Origin: Candidatus Adlerbacteria bacterium GW2011_GWA1_54_10
GTDB lineage: Bacteria > Patescibacteriota > Minisyncoccia > Phycocordibacterales > SBAW01
DNA length: 64,000 bases
Assembly (NCBI GenBank): GCA_001004665.1
Contig: LCRO01000006.1
Location: forward strand, 444 to 64,443
Direction: 5' to 3'
In this document: positions 20,902 to 32,585 of the stretch, in pieces
Position numbering within the stretch: position 1 is the first letter of the stretch
How the letters are laid out: every line of letters begins with the position of its first letter
The notes under the pieces: model-generated
What the model saw: only the letters and a program-made list of their open reading frames with translations
The model's database searches: none
What the model was told of the DNA's origin: nothing
Program-made: the position numbers and the translations under genes

Positions 20902-21272
20902 GCGATTTTGTTTTTCGCGCCGCGGCCGCGTTCGCCTTTCTTTACCCGGCGACTTCCGCATTGTTTGGTCCGAACGCGTGGCTGGGATACGTGCCGGAGT
21001 TCGCGCGCAAGGCCGCGGAGAGTGTTGGAGTCTGGGAGCTGGCGCTTTTACACTCATTCGGCGCCGTCGAGATCGTTATCGCACTCTGGCTACTCTCCGG
21101 ATGGAGGATATTCTGGCCCGCGCTCGCGGCTACGGCGATTCTGGTCATTATAGTCATCGTCAATCCGCACGAATTCCCCGTCCTATTCCGCGACCTATCC
21201 ATCGCGGGCCTGACATTGGGACTCGCGCTTAAAAACTCTCCCTGGAACCTGCGAAGAAGGCCCGCAGTTTAA
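20898..21272 (+). CDS. DoxX-like membrane protein
   Basis: 'FLYPA..P..W.GYVP' and 'VLFRDLSI' motifs. Confidence 0.7.
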   Translation: MSDFVFRAAAAFAFLYPATSALFGPNAWLGYVPEFARKAAESVGVWELALLHSFGAVEIVIALWLLSGWRIFWPALAATAILVIIVIVNPHEFPVLFRDLSIAGLTLGLALKNSPWNLRRRPAV

Positions 21273-21279
21273 AAAGCAT

Positions 21280-21438
21280 ATGAGCCAAAACCCGTTTGCA
21301 AACGCGCTTGCGGCACTGCTACTGCTTGCAGGCGAGCAAAAAAGTGGAGTAAGGCTGTTTTTGCAGACTTTGGGCATATTTGCATGCATTACAGTCGCCC
21401 TCCTCGCGTCCCTATTTCTGTTCGCCGGCGTTAAATAA
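21280..21438 (+). CDS. Short membrane protein, possibly internally deleted
   Basis: MSQNPFANALAALLLLAGEQKSGVRLFLQTLGIFACITVALLASLFLFAGVK*. Confidence 0.45.
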   Translation: MSQNPFANALAALLLLAGEQKSGVRLFLQTLGIFACITVALLASLFLFAGVK

Positions 21439-21469
21439 AAACGTCCCGATTTGTTATAATTATCTGTCA

Positions 21470-21913
21470 ATGGAGCTCACGAGTACGGAGTTTGGGAATA
21501 ATGGAATAATTCCTGCAAAATACACCTGCGACGGGGAGAATGTGAGCCCGCCGCTTGAGATTGCCGGCGTGCCCGAGGGAGCGAAAAGCTTGGTATTAAT
21601 CGTCGACGATCCGGATGCGTCAAACGGCACTTGGGTGCACTGGACACTCTGGAACGTCGGGCCTGATATGTTGGAAATTATGGAGGACAGCGTCCCTGAC
21701 GGATCCGTGCAGGGGGCGACAAGCTTTGGCGGCACGGGATGGGGCGGCCCATGCCCGCACTCCGGCGTGCACCGGTACTTTTTCAAACTTTATGCGCTAG
21801 ATGCGACTCTCGATCTTGCGCCCGATTCGAACAAGGCGACTCTCGAGGCCGCGATGGATGGGCATGTGTTCGCGCAATGCGAGCTTGTCGGCCGTTACAG
21901 CCGGAAGCAGTAA
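21470..21913 (+). CDS. YbhB/YbcL (PEBP) family protein
   Basis: 'KYTCDGENVSPPL', 'DDPDA..WVHW' and 'GPCP..HRYFFKLYALD' motifs. Confidence 0.93.
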   Translation: MELTSTEFGNNGIIPAKYTCDGENVSPPLEIAGVPEGAKSLVLIVDDPDASNGTWVHWTLWNVGPDMLEIMEDSVPDGSVQGATSFGGTGWGGPCPHSGVHRYFFKLYALDATLDLAPDSNKATLEAAMDGHVFAQCELVGRYSRKQ

Positions 21914-22122
21914 TCACGATACTACATGTCCGACTTCATCGTAAATTGGCAAAACATCCGCTAAAGTGACGGTAATGGATCGGCAAAAACTGCGGCACAG
22001 TATCTCGCGCGGAATTGTCCGTTGGCAGGCACCGCGCCTTAAGCCCGTGGTCAAGGAGCGTGGGGTGCAAAAGATAAAGAAACCGAAGGAGACTTAGAGC
22101 CAAAGAGATAGGTATCCACAGA

Positions 22123-22143
22123 ATTTGTGTATTTTGTGTATTT
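22123..22143 (+). promoter_or_regulatory. Direct-repeat operator candidate upstream of the lexA-like gene
   Basis: tttgtgtattttgtgtatttt, a 9-bp-period tandem of TGTGTATTT. Confidence 0.5.
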
Positions 22144-22172
22144 TGCGGCAAGATTTGTGCTACTGTTAGTGC

Positions 22173-22850
22173 ATGGATAAATTCACAAAAATTCTTACAG
22201 GCAAGCAGAAACGGGTACTCGATAATATTAAGCTGTATCTGGATGCAAAGGGCATACCCCCGACGCTCGACGAACTCCGTAAAAATCTGGGCTTCAAATC
22301 CCTGCGCACGGTCACGCAATATCTTGAGATATTGGAGCGCAAGGGACACATCGTGCGGCGCAAAAACGCGCGCCGCAATATAGACCTGCGCGCGGTAGAC
22401 GCCGCGGGTACCTCGGCGACCCTTGTGTCGGTTCCGGTAGTCGCGAACGTCGGTTGCGACAACTTGAGCGTATTCGCGCAGGAAAATTCTGACGAGTATC
22501 TGCAGGTTGATAAAAAAATAGTAGACGTCGCCGGCGATATCGTTGCGGTTCGCGCCGTGGGGGAGAGCATGGCGGATGCCGGCATTGGGAGCGGAGATTA
22601 TATTCTGGTGCAGTTTACCGACAGGGTAGAGAGCGGGGACAGGGTTGCCGCGATAGTAGGCGACATGATTACGGTCAAGCGCCTAATTCGGCAGGGCGGA
22701 GTGACTGTTCTTTATCCGGAATCCAAAGACCCAAAGTACAAACCGATAGTTCTGCGCGAGGACTTTAAGATAGCTGGGAAGGTCTTGTGCGTCATATCCG
22801 CATCTCTGGCCGAGGCGCCCGAAGTTCTGCCGGAAGAGGACTGGAGGTAA
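22173..22850 (+). CDS. lexA: LexA family repressor
   Basis: N-terminal wHTH (LT.KQ..VL, PPT..EL, L..LE.KG.I) and S24 peptidase motifs GESM and TVKR. Confidence 0.85.
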   Translation: MDKFTKILTGKQKRVLDNIKLYLDAKGIPPTLDELRKNLGFKSLRTVTQYLEILERKGHIVRRKNARRNIDLRAVDAAGTSATLVSVPVVANVGCDNLSVFAQENSDEYLQVDKKIVDVAGDIVAVRAVGESMADAGIGSGDYILVQFTDRVESGDRVAAIVGDMITVKRLIRQGGVTVLYPESKDPKYKPIVLREDFKIAGKVLCVISASLAEAPEVLPEEDWR

Positions 22851-22898
22851 AAACTTCGCAAAATAAGTTTGCGCCGTCCCGTGTTATAATTGCTCGCA

Positions 22899-23681
22899 AT
22901 GTTAGAACTCCTGTTCGCCTCGTTTTTTGTGATGCTCGCCTCGCTTGCGGGCGTTATTTCGCTATGGGGCTGGGCCAGAGGATTTATCGAACGCAATCTT
23001 CACCTGCTCCTCTCTTTTGCAATCGGCGTTTTTGTAGTTTTTGCGTATCAGCTTGCAGGCGAGGCTCTTGGACACGGCGGGGTTATCGCGTGGCTTATGT
23101 GGATCGTTGCCGGAGCGGTCGTGATATCGCTTGTCTGCGCGCTTTTGCCGCACGGCCATAAACACGGCGAGCATGAGCATGCGCATATTGACGCGCATCG
23201 CATGCTAGTGACTGACGGCATCCACAATGCCGGCGATGGTATTTTTTTGGCGGCAGCCTTTGCCGTGAGCCCGGTTCTCGGATTTGCCTCCGCTATCAGC
23301 GTTTTTGTGCACGAGTTTTTGCAGGAAATAGCGGAGTTTTTTGTCCTGCGTGACGCAGGATACGGTGTGCGCAGGGCTCTCGGACTTAATTTTTTGGTTT
23401 CTTCGACGATTTTGGTCGGCGCCGCTGGAGGATACTTTTTGCTTGATACATTTGCCGCGATGGAGGGTCCTTTGCTTGGCATCGCGACGGGCGGGATGCT
23501 TGTCGTGATATTTTATGACCTTCTTCCGCACGCTTTGCGCGACGTATCGCGTACGAGGCATTATTTCGAGCACCTGTTGTCGTTTTTGCTCGGCGCCATG
23601 CTTATGTTTTTGCTCGTCACTACCCTGTCCGAGCCGGAGGTCAAAGTTCCGGCGGATATTGCGCCCGGAGAGGCACTGTAG
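22899..23681 (+). CDS. ZIP family metal transporter
   Basis: His-rich loop HGHKHGEHEH; 'DGIHN..DG' and 'HEFLQE' motifs. Confidence 0.88.
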   Translation: MLELLFASFFVMLASLAGVISLWGWARGFIERNLHLLLSFAIGVFVVFAYQLAGEALGHGGVIAWLMWIVAGAVVISLVCALLPHGHKHGEHEHAHIDAHRMLVTDGIHNAGDGIFLAAAFAVSPVLGFASAISVFVHEFLQEIAEFFVLRDAGYGVRRALGLNFLVSSTILVGAAGGYFLLDTFAAMEGPLLGIATGGMLVVIFYDLLPHALRDVSRTRHYFEHLLSFLLGAMLMFLLVTTLSEPEVKVPADIAPGEAL

Positions 23682-23693
23682 TAGTGTAGCCGC

Positions 23694-24533
23694 ATGTCGG
23701 CTTTTAAGTATTTGGGCGTGGCCGTTTTTACGCTTATTTTAAGCGCTTTTTTAGTCGCACCGGCGCAGGCTCAAAGCTCCTGCAACGTTTATAATTGGAA
23801 CCCATCCTGCCCAAGTGGCCTGCTTAACGTTTTTGTGCAGGTAGAGAACAACGCTCCCGGCGTCTTCCATTACCCGCACGAGTTCCAAATTTCTGTGCAG
23901 GGGCAAAGCCCCAATCCGTCGAGCTTTATGGGCAGTCAAAACGGCACTCCTGTCCAGCTCTTGCCCGGAGCATACTCGGTTTCCGTATCGAATAATCCGT
24001 TCGGATATATCATGACCTCCAGCAACGCGTGTAGCGGCGCAATTTTGGCGGGGCAAACGCAGACCTGTGTCGTAACCTTCACCGCGACGACCAGCTATCC
24101 ATATCCAACGCCAGCATATCCACCGCTTATCTGCGCGCCGCAGTTCCAAAGCGCCGCGCTGGGGCAGGCCGTGAACTTTTACGCCTCGGGCGGAACAGGC
24201 TCGTATAATTGGTCTATGTCGGACCGCTCCTTCACTAACATCGGTCCGAAGCTCTCGACCGGCTTTACGCGCTCGGGAGTGCAAAACGTTACAGTGACAA
24301 GCGGCATCCAGAGCGCGATCTGCACCATAAACATTGCAGGCGGCTATGTGCCGAACCCGTTCTACCCGCCTGCGCCGCCGGCTCTGTATGCATCTCCGGC
24401 CCCCCGCCTGCCCAACACCGGTGTAGAGCCCATGAGCGCCGCGGGTATTGCCTTTGCCGCCCTTTTGCTGGGGGGTACGGCGTTCGCTCTACGGCGCCAT
24501 GTCAGAGAGGCCCTTGCTGCTACAGTCAGCTAA
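23694..24533 (+). CDS. Secreted surface protein with LPxTG sorting signal
   Basis: Signal peptide, Cys-paired beta domains, then LPNTG + TM + RRH tail. Confidence 0.8.
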   Translation: MSAFKYLGVAVFTLILSAFLVAPAQAQSSCNVYNWNPSCPSGLLNVFVQVENNAPGVFHYPHEFQISVQGQSPNPSSFMGSQNGTPVQLLPGAYSVSVSNNPFGYIMTSSNACSGAILAGQTQTCVVTFTATTSYPYPTPAYPPLICAPQFQSAALGQAVNFYASGGTGSYNWSMSDRSFTNIGPKLSTGFTRSGVQNVTVTSGIQSAICTINIAGGYVPNPFYPPAPPALYASPAPRLPNTGVEPMSAAGIAFAALLLGGTAFALRRHVREALAATVS

Positions 24534-24540
24534 AAGCGGT

Positions 24541-25197
24541 GTGATCGTCAAAGGGAAGTCCAGCGCATGGATACGCCGGACGGCCGTTGCCGTTGGACTT
24601 GTCGCCGTGCTTGTCGGATTTGCCGATGTCGCCACGCGCATCGCGCGGAGGGCATTTGGCGAGGAAGTGAATTTTTTTATCTTCGGCTCTCCCGCTTCCG
24701 CGGTCGAGTCTGTAATAGCGCCGGCTCCGCCCGCCGCGACTGCAGCAGGCGCTATAGTGCCGGCGCGCCTGCGCGTGCCGTCGCTCGGCATTGACGCCGG
24801 CGTCGAGCAGGTAGGCAAGCGGGGTGACGGCGCGATGGGAATTCCGCAGGACTATGACGATGTCTCGTGGTATATGTTTGGGGGCAAGCCCGGCGGGCAG
24901 GGTAATGCGGTCTTCGCCGGCCATATCAACAACTCGCGCACGCGCTCCGGGGTCTTTGCCAACCTTTCGCGGATTGGCATCGGAGATTACATAATGATAA
25001 CCGACGCCGAGGGGAAGACTCTTATATACGTCGTGCGCGAGATACAGGTGGTGCCGGCCGACAATGCTCCGGCGGAGGAAGTTTTTAAAACATCGGGACC
25101 TTCGCAGGTTGTCCTTATCACCTGCGAGGGAGACTGGATGCCGGAGGAGCGCACTTTCGACAAAAGACTGATAGTTATTGCGCGTCCGGCGTATTAG
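24541..25197 (+). CDS. Class F sortase (start uncertain)
   Basis: 'GNAVFAGH', 'LITC' and 'RLIV' catalytic motifs. Confidence 0.9.
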   Translation: MIVKGKSSAWIRRTAVAVGLVAVLVGFADVATRIARRAFGEEVNFFIFGSPASAVESVIAPAPPAATAAGAIVPARLRVPSLGIDAGVEQVGKRGDGAMGIPQDYDDVSWYMFGGKPGGQGNAVFAGHINNSRTRSGVFANLSRIGIGDYIMITDAEGKTLIYVVREIQVVPADNAPAEEVFKTSGPSQVVLITCEGDWMPEERTFDKRLIVIARPAY

Positions 25198-25202
25198 GCT
25201 TC

Positions 25203-25264
25203 GCAAAAGTCCTCTGCTCCGGAGAGATGAACACGACCCCAACTCCTCCGCAGAAGACTTTTGC
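25203..25264. repeat. 62-bp structured palindromic element, copy 1
   Basis: Homologous to the reverse complement of 54423..54484, with compensatory changes in a 15-bp outer stem. Confidence 0.85.
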
Positions 25265-25381
25265 TTTGCTATACAAGATATGTTACGCTTTGAATTGTTC
25301 GGAGTAAGTCTCCATGTGCCTTGTAGGCGGCAGGAGGGTCGCCTTACGAGGAACCTAGTTAGTTAGTGAATTTCGCGTTAT

Positions 25382-25630
25382 ATGGCACGCAAACTCTTTG
25401 TCGGCGGTCTTCCGTACCGCACGACGAATGATGAGCTCCGCGACGCTTTCGCCCAGGCGGGCGAGGTCGTGAGCGCATCCATTGTGACCGATCGCGAGAC
25501 CGGCCGCTCGAGGGGCTTCGGCTTCGTCGAGATGGGCGATGCAGACGCCGATGGCGCCATTTCCATGTGGAATGGCAAAGAATTCGGCGGGCGTATGCTC
25601 ACGGTTTCCGACGCACGCCCGAAGACGTAA
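25382..25630 (+). CDS. RRM RNA-binding protein
   Basis: LFVGGL (RNP2) and RGFGFVEM (RNP1). Confidence 0.95.
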   Translation: MARKLFVGGLPYRTTNDELRDAFAQAGEVVSASIVTDRETGRSRGFGFVEMGDADADGAISMWNGKEFGGRMLTVSDARPKT

Positions 25631-25638
25631 GGTCGCAA

Positions 25639-25674
25639 AAACAAAAAACCTCCCGAAAGGGAGGTTTTTTGTTT
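25639..25674. terminator. Bidirectional intrinsic terminator
   Basis: aaacaaaaaacctccc-gaaa-gggaggttttttgttt between convergent genes. Confidence 0.9.
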
Positions 25675-25690
25675 GATTGCTTCGTATTAT

Positions 25691-26056
25691 TTACATTCCA
25701 CCCTGCGACTGTCTTTCCGAACGTCCCGTAAAGCCGAGGACGAGGAAAACGATCGCAATCGCCGCATGAAGCCAGTTGTCCTCGGTTGTGTTGTCAATGA
25801 CCCCGAGTATGTCGCCGGAGACAGTAAAGCCCAGGACCACTATGACCGCGTACACGGCTCCAAGTACGATAAGGATCAGTCCTGCGCTCTCCGCCCACCA
25901 CATCGCCGTCGCGAGGAGCACCAGGCCGGAAATAAGGTGCACCAGAGAATGGATGGTATTCGAGGCGAAGATGTCGAGCACCGGATTCTGTACGAAGCCC
26001 CAGAGTCCGACGACGGCGAGTATCGCGCCAAATACCCAGCACGCTGTTTTTGCCAT
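25691..26056 (-). CDS. DUF4383-like membrane protein
   Basis: Four TM segments; 'N.IH..VHL.SG' and 'DNWLH' motifs. Confidence 0.75.
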   Translation of the reverse strand: MAKTACWVFGAILAVVGLWGFVQNPVLDIFASNTIHSLVHLISGLVLLATAMWWAESAGLILIVLGAVYAVIVVLGFTVSGDILGVIDNTTEDNWLHAAIAIVFLVLGFTGRSERQSQGGM

Positions 26057-26120
26057 ATTAAATAATAAAAAATTGATAATGAAACCCACCTTATTATAGC
26101 ACAGGAAAGTTATACCGGGT

Positions 26121-27953
26121 CTAGACTCCCAAAATGACAGGGATGACTATGGGGCGCTTGTTGGTTTTTTCGAATAGGAAGCGGGATATCGTGTCCGTTA
26201 CGTTGTTTTTGACGAAATCGAAGTTGACCGGCTGTTGGCCGCGGGCGCTGTCTTCTATGGTTTTTTTGATAAGCAGTCGCGCTTGCTGTAATAGATCTTG
26301 AGACTCGCGCAAGTAGACGAACCCGCGCGAGATTATATCCGGGCTCTTGCGGAGCCGCCCGTTGCGCGGATTGACGGTCGCGATAATGACGAACATTCCT
26401 TCCTGCGCGAGGACATTCCTGTCGCGTATGACAACTTCTTGTATATCGCCGACAGAAAATCCGTCCACGAGGCGCAGGCCCGAAGGCGCGTTTTCCTTGA
26501 GCCGCACTATCCGCTGTCCCTCGTCCCTAATTTCGATTACCGCGCCATTGTCGGGCACGACCACTTCCTCCTCGGCGCGTCCGCACGCCTTTGCTATGTC
26601 GGCGTGAACGCGAAGCATATAATGGTATCCGTGCATGGGGATGAAGAAGCGCGGATTTATCTTCTGATGTATCCAGAACGTTTCGTCTCGGTTGGCGTGG
26701 CCGGAGGCGTGAACGTCCATGGTGTCGCGATGGATTATCTTGGCACCCTGCCGCGAGAGGTTGTCCTTGAGCTTTTGCACGGCACGCTCGTTGCCCGGCA
26801 CTATGGATGAGGAAAGCACTATGGTGTCGCCCTTTTTTATCTGCACGTATTTGTGAGTCTTCATCGCAATGCGCATGAGCGCCGCAAACTCATCACCCTG
26901 CGCACCGGTCGCCAATATTACCACTTTATTATCCGGTAAACCGGCCAGTTCCTCCGGGCCGATAAAGGTCTTCTCACGAACCTTGAGCATGCCGAGGCGC
27001 TTTACTATCTCGACATTGACCTTCATGCTCCGGCCTTCGACGAGCACCTTCTTGCCGCAGTTCTCCGCCGCCTCGAGCATCCGCATGATGCGTTCCAGCT
27101 GACTAGAGAAGGTTCCGATGATAAGCCTTCCCTTGGCCTCGGTTATTATTTCATCGAGATTTTTCTGCACGACGCGCTCGGGTATCGAGAATCCCGGTTT
27201 CTCGCAGTTGGTCGAGTCGGCCATGAGAAGCAGGACACTCTCTTTTTTAAATATTGCGAATTCCCCTTCCTCTTTTTCCGACGGGATGCCGTTCTCGTGC
27301 TCGAGCCGCAGGTCGCCGGTGTGTACAATGAGCCCGTACGGCGTTTCAACGATGATGCCCATAGAGTCGGGGATAGTGTGCGTTACGGAGAAAAAGCGCA
27401 CTTTCGTTTTGCCTGCGCGGATGCTTTTTTCCTTCTCGACTTCGTGTATATCAAGCGGCTTCAGGTGGGGAAATTCCTCCTGGCGTTTTTTTATCATTAC
27501 TGCGGTCAATTGCCGCGTGTATATGGGCGGGTAGCCGAGCCTGTCGATTATATAAGGGATACCCCCGATGTGGTCGAGGTGCCCGTGGGTAACGAAGATA
27601 CCCCGTATCTTTTCGCGCCTGTCCTCGAGATATTTGGTGTTGGGGAGTATATAGTCTATGCCTGGGGTGTCCTCCTCGCGGAATTGCAGTCCGCAGTCAA
27701 CGACTATGATGTCGTCGCCCATCTCTATGGCGGTCATGTTGCGCCCTATCTCCTCGACTCCGCCTAGCGGCACGATGCGGATGTTGCCTGCTTCGAGCGG
27801 CGGGATTGGCTTTTCCTCGCCGTTTTGCGAAGCAAATTCCGGCAAGGTGCGGGGCGGATGGGGCTGGTGGGGGCGCGGGCCGCCGCGCCGCAAAGCGCGG
27901 CTCCTAGGCTTTGCGTTGCGATTGGCGGCATAGCGATGTCTTTCGGTGGGCAT
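26121..27953 (-). CDS. rnj: Ribonuclease J
   Basis: LGGVEEIGRNM, THGHLDHIG, HTGD and HASGH motifs. Confidence 0.96.
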   Translation of the reverse strand: MPTERHRYAANRNAKPRSRALRRGGPRPHQPHPPRTLPEFASQNGEEKPIPPLEAGNIRIVPLGGVEEIGRNMTAIEMGDDIIVVDCGLQFREEDTPGIDYILPNTKYLEDRREKIRGIFVTHGHLDHIGGIPYIIDRLGYPPIYTRQLTAVMIKKRQEEFPHLKPLDIHEVEKEKSIRAGKTKVRFFSVTHTIPDSMGIIVETPYGLIVHTGDLRLEHENGIPSEKEEGEFAIFKKESVLLLMADSTNCEKPGFSIPERVVQKNLDEIITEAKGRLIIGTFSSQLERIMRMLEAAENCGKKVLVEGRSMKVNVEIVKRLGMLKVREKTFIGPEELAGLPDNKVVILATGAQGDEFAALMRIAMKTHKYVQIKKGDTIVLSSSIVPGNERAVQKLKDNLSRQGAKIIHRDTMDVHASGHANRDETFWIHQKINPRFFIPMHGYHYMLRVHADIAKACGRAEEEVVVPDNGAVIEIRDEGQRIVRLKENAPSGLRLVDGFSVGDIQEVVIRDRNVLAQEGMFVIIATVNPRNGRLRKSPDIISRGFVYLRESQDLLQQARLLIKKTIEDSARGQQPVNFDFVKNNVTDTISRFLFEKTNKRPIVIPVILGV

Positions 27954-27955
27954 CG

Positions 27956-29680
27956 TTATTTATTTATGAATATCGGCCATACAAAATCCACTTCCCTGTG
28001 CCAGCGTGCGACACTTAAAAACCGGTCGCTCGGCGACTCGACAAAGCCCAAAGAGAGTCCGTAAAGGCTATCAGGCACAGTATACACGAAATCCGGCGCG
28101 TACAAAAATACGGCAGGAATGTCTTTTTGGATCTCGCGCTCGAAGGCCGCATAAAGATTATCCCGCTCCGTGCCGTTGGCCGTCGCGCGCAGTCCCTCCA
28201 GAGCCTTGTCCGCCGCCGTGTTGGCGTACATCGCTATGTTAAGTCCGGGATCGTTGCGCTGGCTCGAGTGCCAGAAGGCGAAAAGGTCGAGTTCGCGGCC
28301 CACGACTTCGCCGAAGAGCAGAGCCTCATACTTGCGCGGACGAATTATGTTTTGAGACAGATCGCCCGGCTCGTATATTTTTATCTCCACACCTGCACCC
28401 ATCTTCTCCCAGCTTGAGCGGGCAAATTCCGCCGCGGCGCGCAGCTCCGGCACATTCGCCGTCGCCAGGTCGAGGGAAAGCGCAATGATTTTGGCGCTCT
28501 TGCCGGAGCCCGTCTTCTTTTGAAGAACGCCGCTCTCGTTTGCCTTCCACCCACGCGACTCCAAATATGCGCGCGCAGATGCCGCGGCGTCGTCTACTCC
28601 GGAAGAAGTGTTTTTCAAAATCCGACTGTTTTTGGGCGACAGCGAAGGAGGTACCGGCAAGTCAAGCGGCGTGCCGTAGCCGCGCAATATGTCTTTAACC
28701 AGCTTGTCGCGGTCTATCGCCATGGAAAGCGCGGCGCGAACGTCTTTGTCCCGCAAGACCTCGGAATTGTTCTGATTGAAGAAGATACCAAAAACGCGGC
28801 TAAGCGGCGAGACCGCCGTCTTTGCGTCGGGCAGATTGGCGGGCGATATGCCGCTTGCGCTTTCTATCTCGCCGCTCTGGAGCGCATTTATAAGTTCCGA
28901 CTCGCTGGGATAAAAATTGAGAGTAAGGATGGAGAGGAAAGGCTCGCCGAGAGCGTAGCGCGAGAAGCGCTCGAGCGTGTAGGAAGAAGGAATTCCTCCA
29001 GCCGTTTGCGAGAGCGCCCGCACCTTGAATGGTCCCGAGCCGACCGGCCTTGTGTTGAGTTCGCTCCAGGGAAACGCCTCGTCGGAAACCTCTTCCCATA
29101 AGTGCTTAGGCAGTATGCCGAGCGCAAGATTGCCGACAAAGGGCGCGTACGGCGAGCGGAGCGTAAAGCGCACCGTGCGCTCGTCCGCGGCCTCTACGGC
29201 GACGCCGTCCCAGTTGGCCCGCTCGGGACTCTTTAGCGCGGGCGTCTGGGTTTTCTGCACTGTAAAAACGATATCCTCCGCCGTCACGGGCGCGCCGTCA
29301 TGAAATACGGCCCCTTCGCGCAAAGTCGCAGTGTAGATTTTTCCATCCTCGGAGACGGAATATTCGGACGCCAAGTCCGGCACGTAGCCGCCCTCCGGCG
29401 TCGCCCTCAAAAGACCGGAGTAAACGAGCGCAGTTAAGTCGCGATCGGCATCGGAGAGCGCCAGAATGGGGTTGATGAAGCGCGGACTGCCGACGATGCC
29501 CTCTGTGAGCGAGCCGCCGCGCGCGGGCGACTCGACCAAAAGCGCGCTCTCGAGCGCGTATACAAGCCCGACGGTCGAGACGACGAGCATGGCGGCAAAA
29601 AACAAAAACAACGCGCGCCCTACCTTGCCCATGGAGCGCAGAGTCTCCTCCGTCTTGATGAGGATGGGGAACCTTTTCAT
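27956..29680 (-). CDS. ABC transporter substrate-binding protein, family 5 (OppA-like)
   Basis: 'EGIVG.PRFINP', 'FHDG.PVTAEDIVFT' and 'PVGSGPFK' motifs. Confidence 0.88.
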   Translation of the reverse strand: MKRFPILIKTEETLRSMGKVGRALFLFFAAMLVVSTVGLVYALESALLVESPARGGSLTEGIVGSPRFINPILALSDADRDLTALVYSGLLRATPEGGYVPDLASEYSVSEDGKIYTATLREGAVFHDGAPVTAEDIVFTVQKTQTPALKSPERANWDGVAVEAADERTVRFTLRSPYAPFVGNLALGILPKHLWEEVSDEAFPWSELNTRPVGSGPFKVRALSQTAGGIPSSYTLERFSRYALGEPFLSILTLNFYPSESELINALQSGEIESASGISPANLPDAKTAVSPLSRVFGIFFNQNNSEVLRDKDVRAALSMAIDRDKLVKDILRGYGTPLDLPVPPSLSPKNSRILKNTSSGVDDAAASARAYLESRGWKANESGVLQKKTGSGKSAKIIALSLDLATANVPELRAAAEFARSSWEKMGAGVEIKIYEPGDLSQNIIRPRKYEALLFGEVVGRELDLFAFWHSSQRNDPGLNIAMYANTAADKALEGLRATANGTERDNLYAAFEREIQKDIPAVFLYAPDFVYTVPDSLYGLSLGFVESPSDRFLSVARWHREVDFVWPIFINK

Positions 29681-29688
29681 TTGGAAAT

Positions 29689-29919
29689 TTATTGGATAAG
29701 CACCGCCGTGAAGGAAGAGAGCGCAAACAAGACGGCAAGCACCATGGTCGCCCAGAAGAGAAATTTTTCCGATCCGCGCCGCGTGTGATAAGCGGCCGTG
29801 AAGTTGTCTCCGCCGAAAGCCCCTCCAAGCGACGCTCCCGTCTGCTGGAGCAGGACGCATATAACCAAGGCCGCCGAGAGGATTATTTGTATGTAGGGGA
29901 GTACCCCCGCTATGACCAT
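29689..29919 (-). CDS. secG: Preprotein translocase subunit SecG
   Basis: 'VLLQQ...LGGAFGG...TRRG.EK' motif. Confidence 0.9.
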   Translation of the reverse strand: MVIAGVLPYIQIILSAALVICVLLQQTGASLGGAFGGDNFTAAYHTRRGSEKFLFWATMVLAVLFALSSFTAVLIQ

Positions 29920-29993
29920 TGCGTAAAATCCTATCATAGCATACTTGACTAGGCAAGAGGATTTGCCTATACTCGAGCCGAGTTATAAAAATC

Positions 29994-32001
<2,008 letters not shown>

Positions 32002-32024
32002 GGCAGGGGTGCTACAATGAAACC

Positions 32025-32585
32025 ATGACGGCATTTTATGTAACGGCGGCTCTTTTGGTGGTGCTCGTTATATGGGCAATAGCCGCATACAACAGCCTTG
32101 TTCGCATGGTCAACCGCGCCAAAGAGGCGTGGGCCGACATAGACGTCCAGCTCAAGCGTCGGTACGACCTTATTCCGAATTTGGTGGAGACGGTCAAGGG
32201 CTACATGCAGCACGAGCGCACAACGCTAGAGAAGGTAACATCCGCGCGCGTCGCCGCTATGGACGCGGGCGGGGTAGAGGCCAAGGGCAAGGCCGAGAAC
32301 ATGCTGACTGGCGCCCTTAAAAGTTTGTTCGCAGTCGCGGAGGCGTATCCGGACCTGAAGGCCAATCAAAATTTCCTTGAGTTGCAGCGCGAGCTTAGCG
32401 ACACTGAGAACAAGATCCAGTCGGCGCGGCGCTTCTACAACACCAATGTGCGTGACCTCAACACCAAAATACAGAGCTTCCCCAGCAATGTCATTGCGGG
32501 TATGTTCCGCTTCGAGCCCCGCGAATTCTTCGAGCTTGGCGGGAGCGAGGCGGCGGCGCGCGAGCCGGTCAAAGTTAGTTTTTGA
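32025..32585 (+). CDS. lemA: LemA family protein
   Basis: 'IDVQLKRR.DLIPNLV' and 'AEAYPDLKAN' motifs. Confidence 0.95.
   Translation: MTAFYVTAALLVVLVIWAIAAYNSLVRMVNRAKEAWADIDVQLKRRYDLIPNLVETVKGYMQHERTTLEKVTSARVAAMDAGGVEAKGKAENMLTGALKSLFAVAEAYPDLKANQNFLELQRELSDTENKIQSARRFYNTNVRDLNTKIQSFPSNVIAGMFRFEPREFFELGGSEAAAREPVKVSF

Noticed and set aside
21915-22110. Decayed gene fragment upstream of lexA
   Set aside because: The resemblance to known families is too weak to call by eye.
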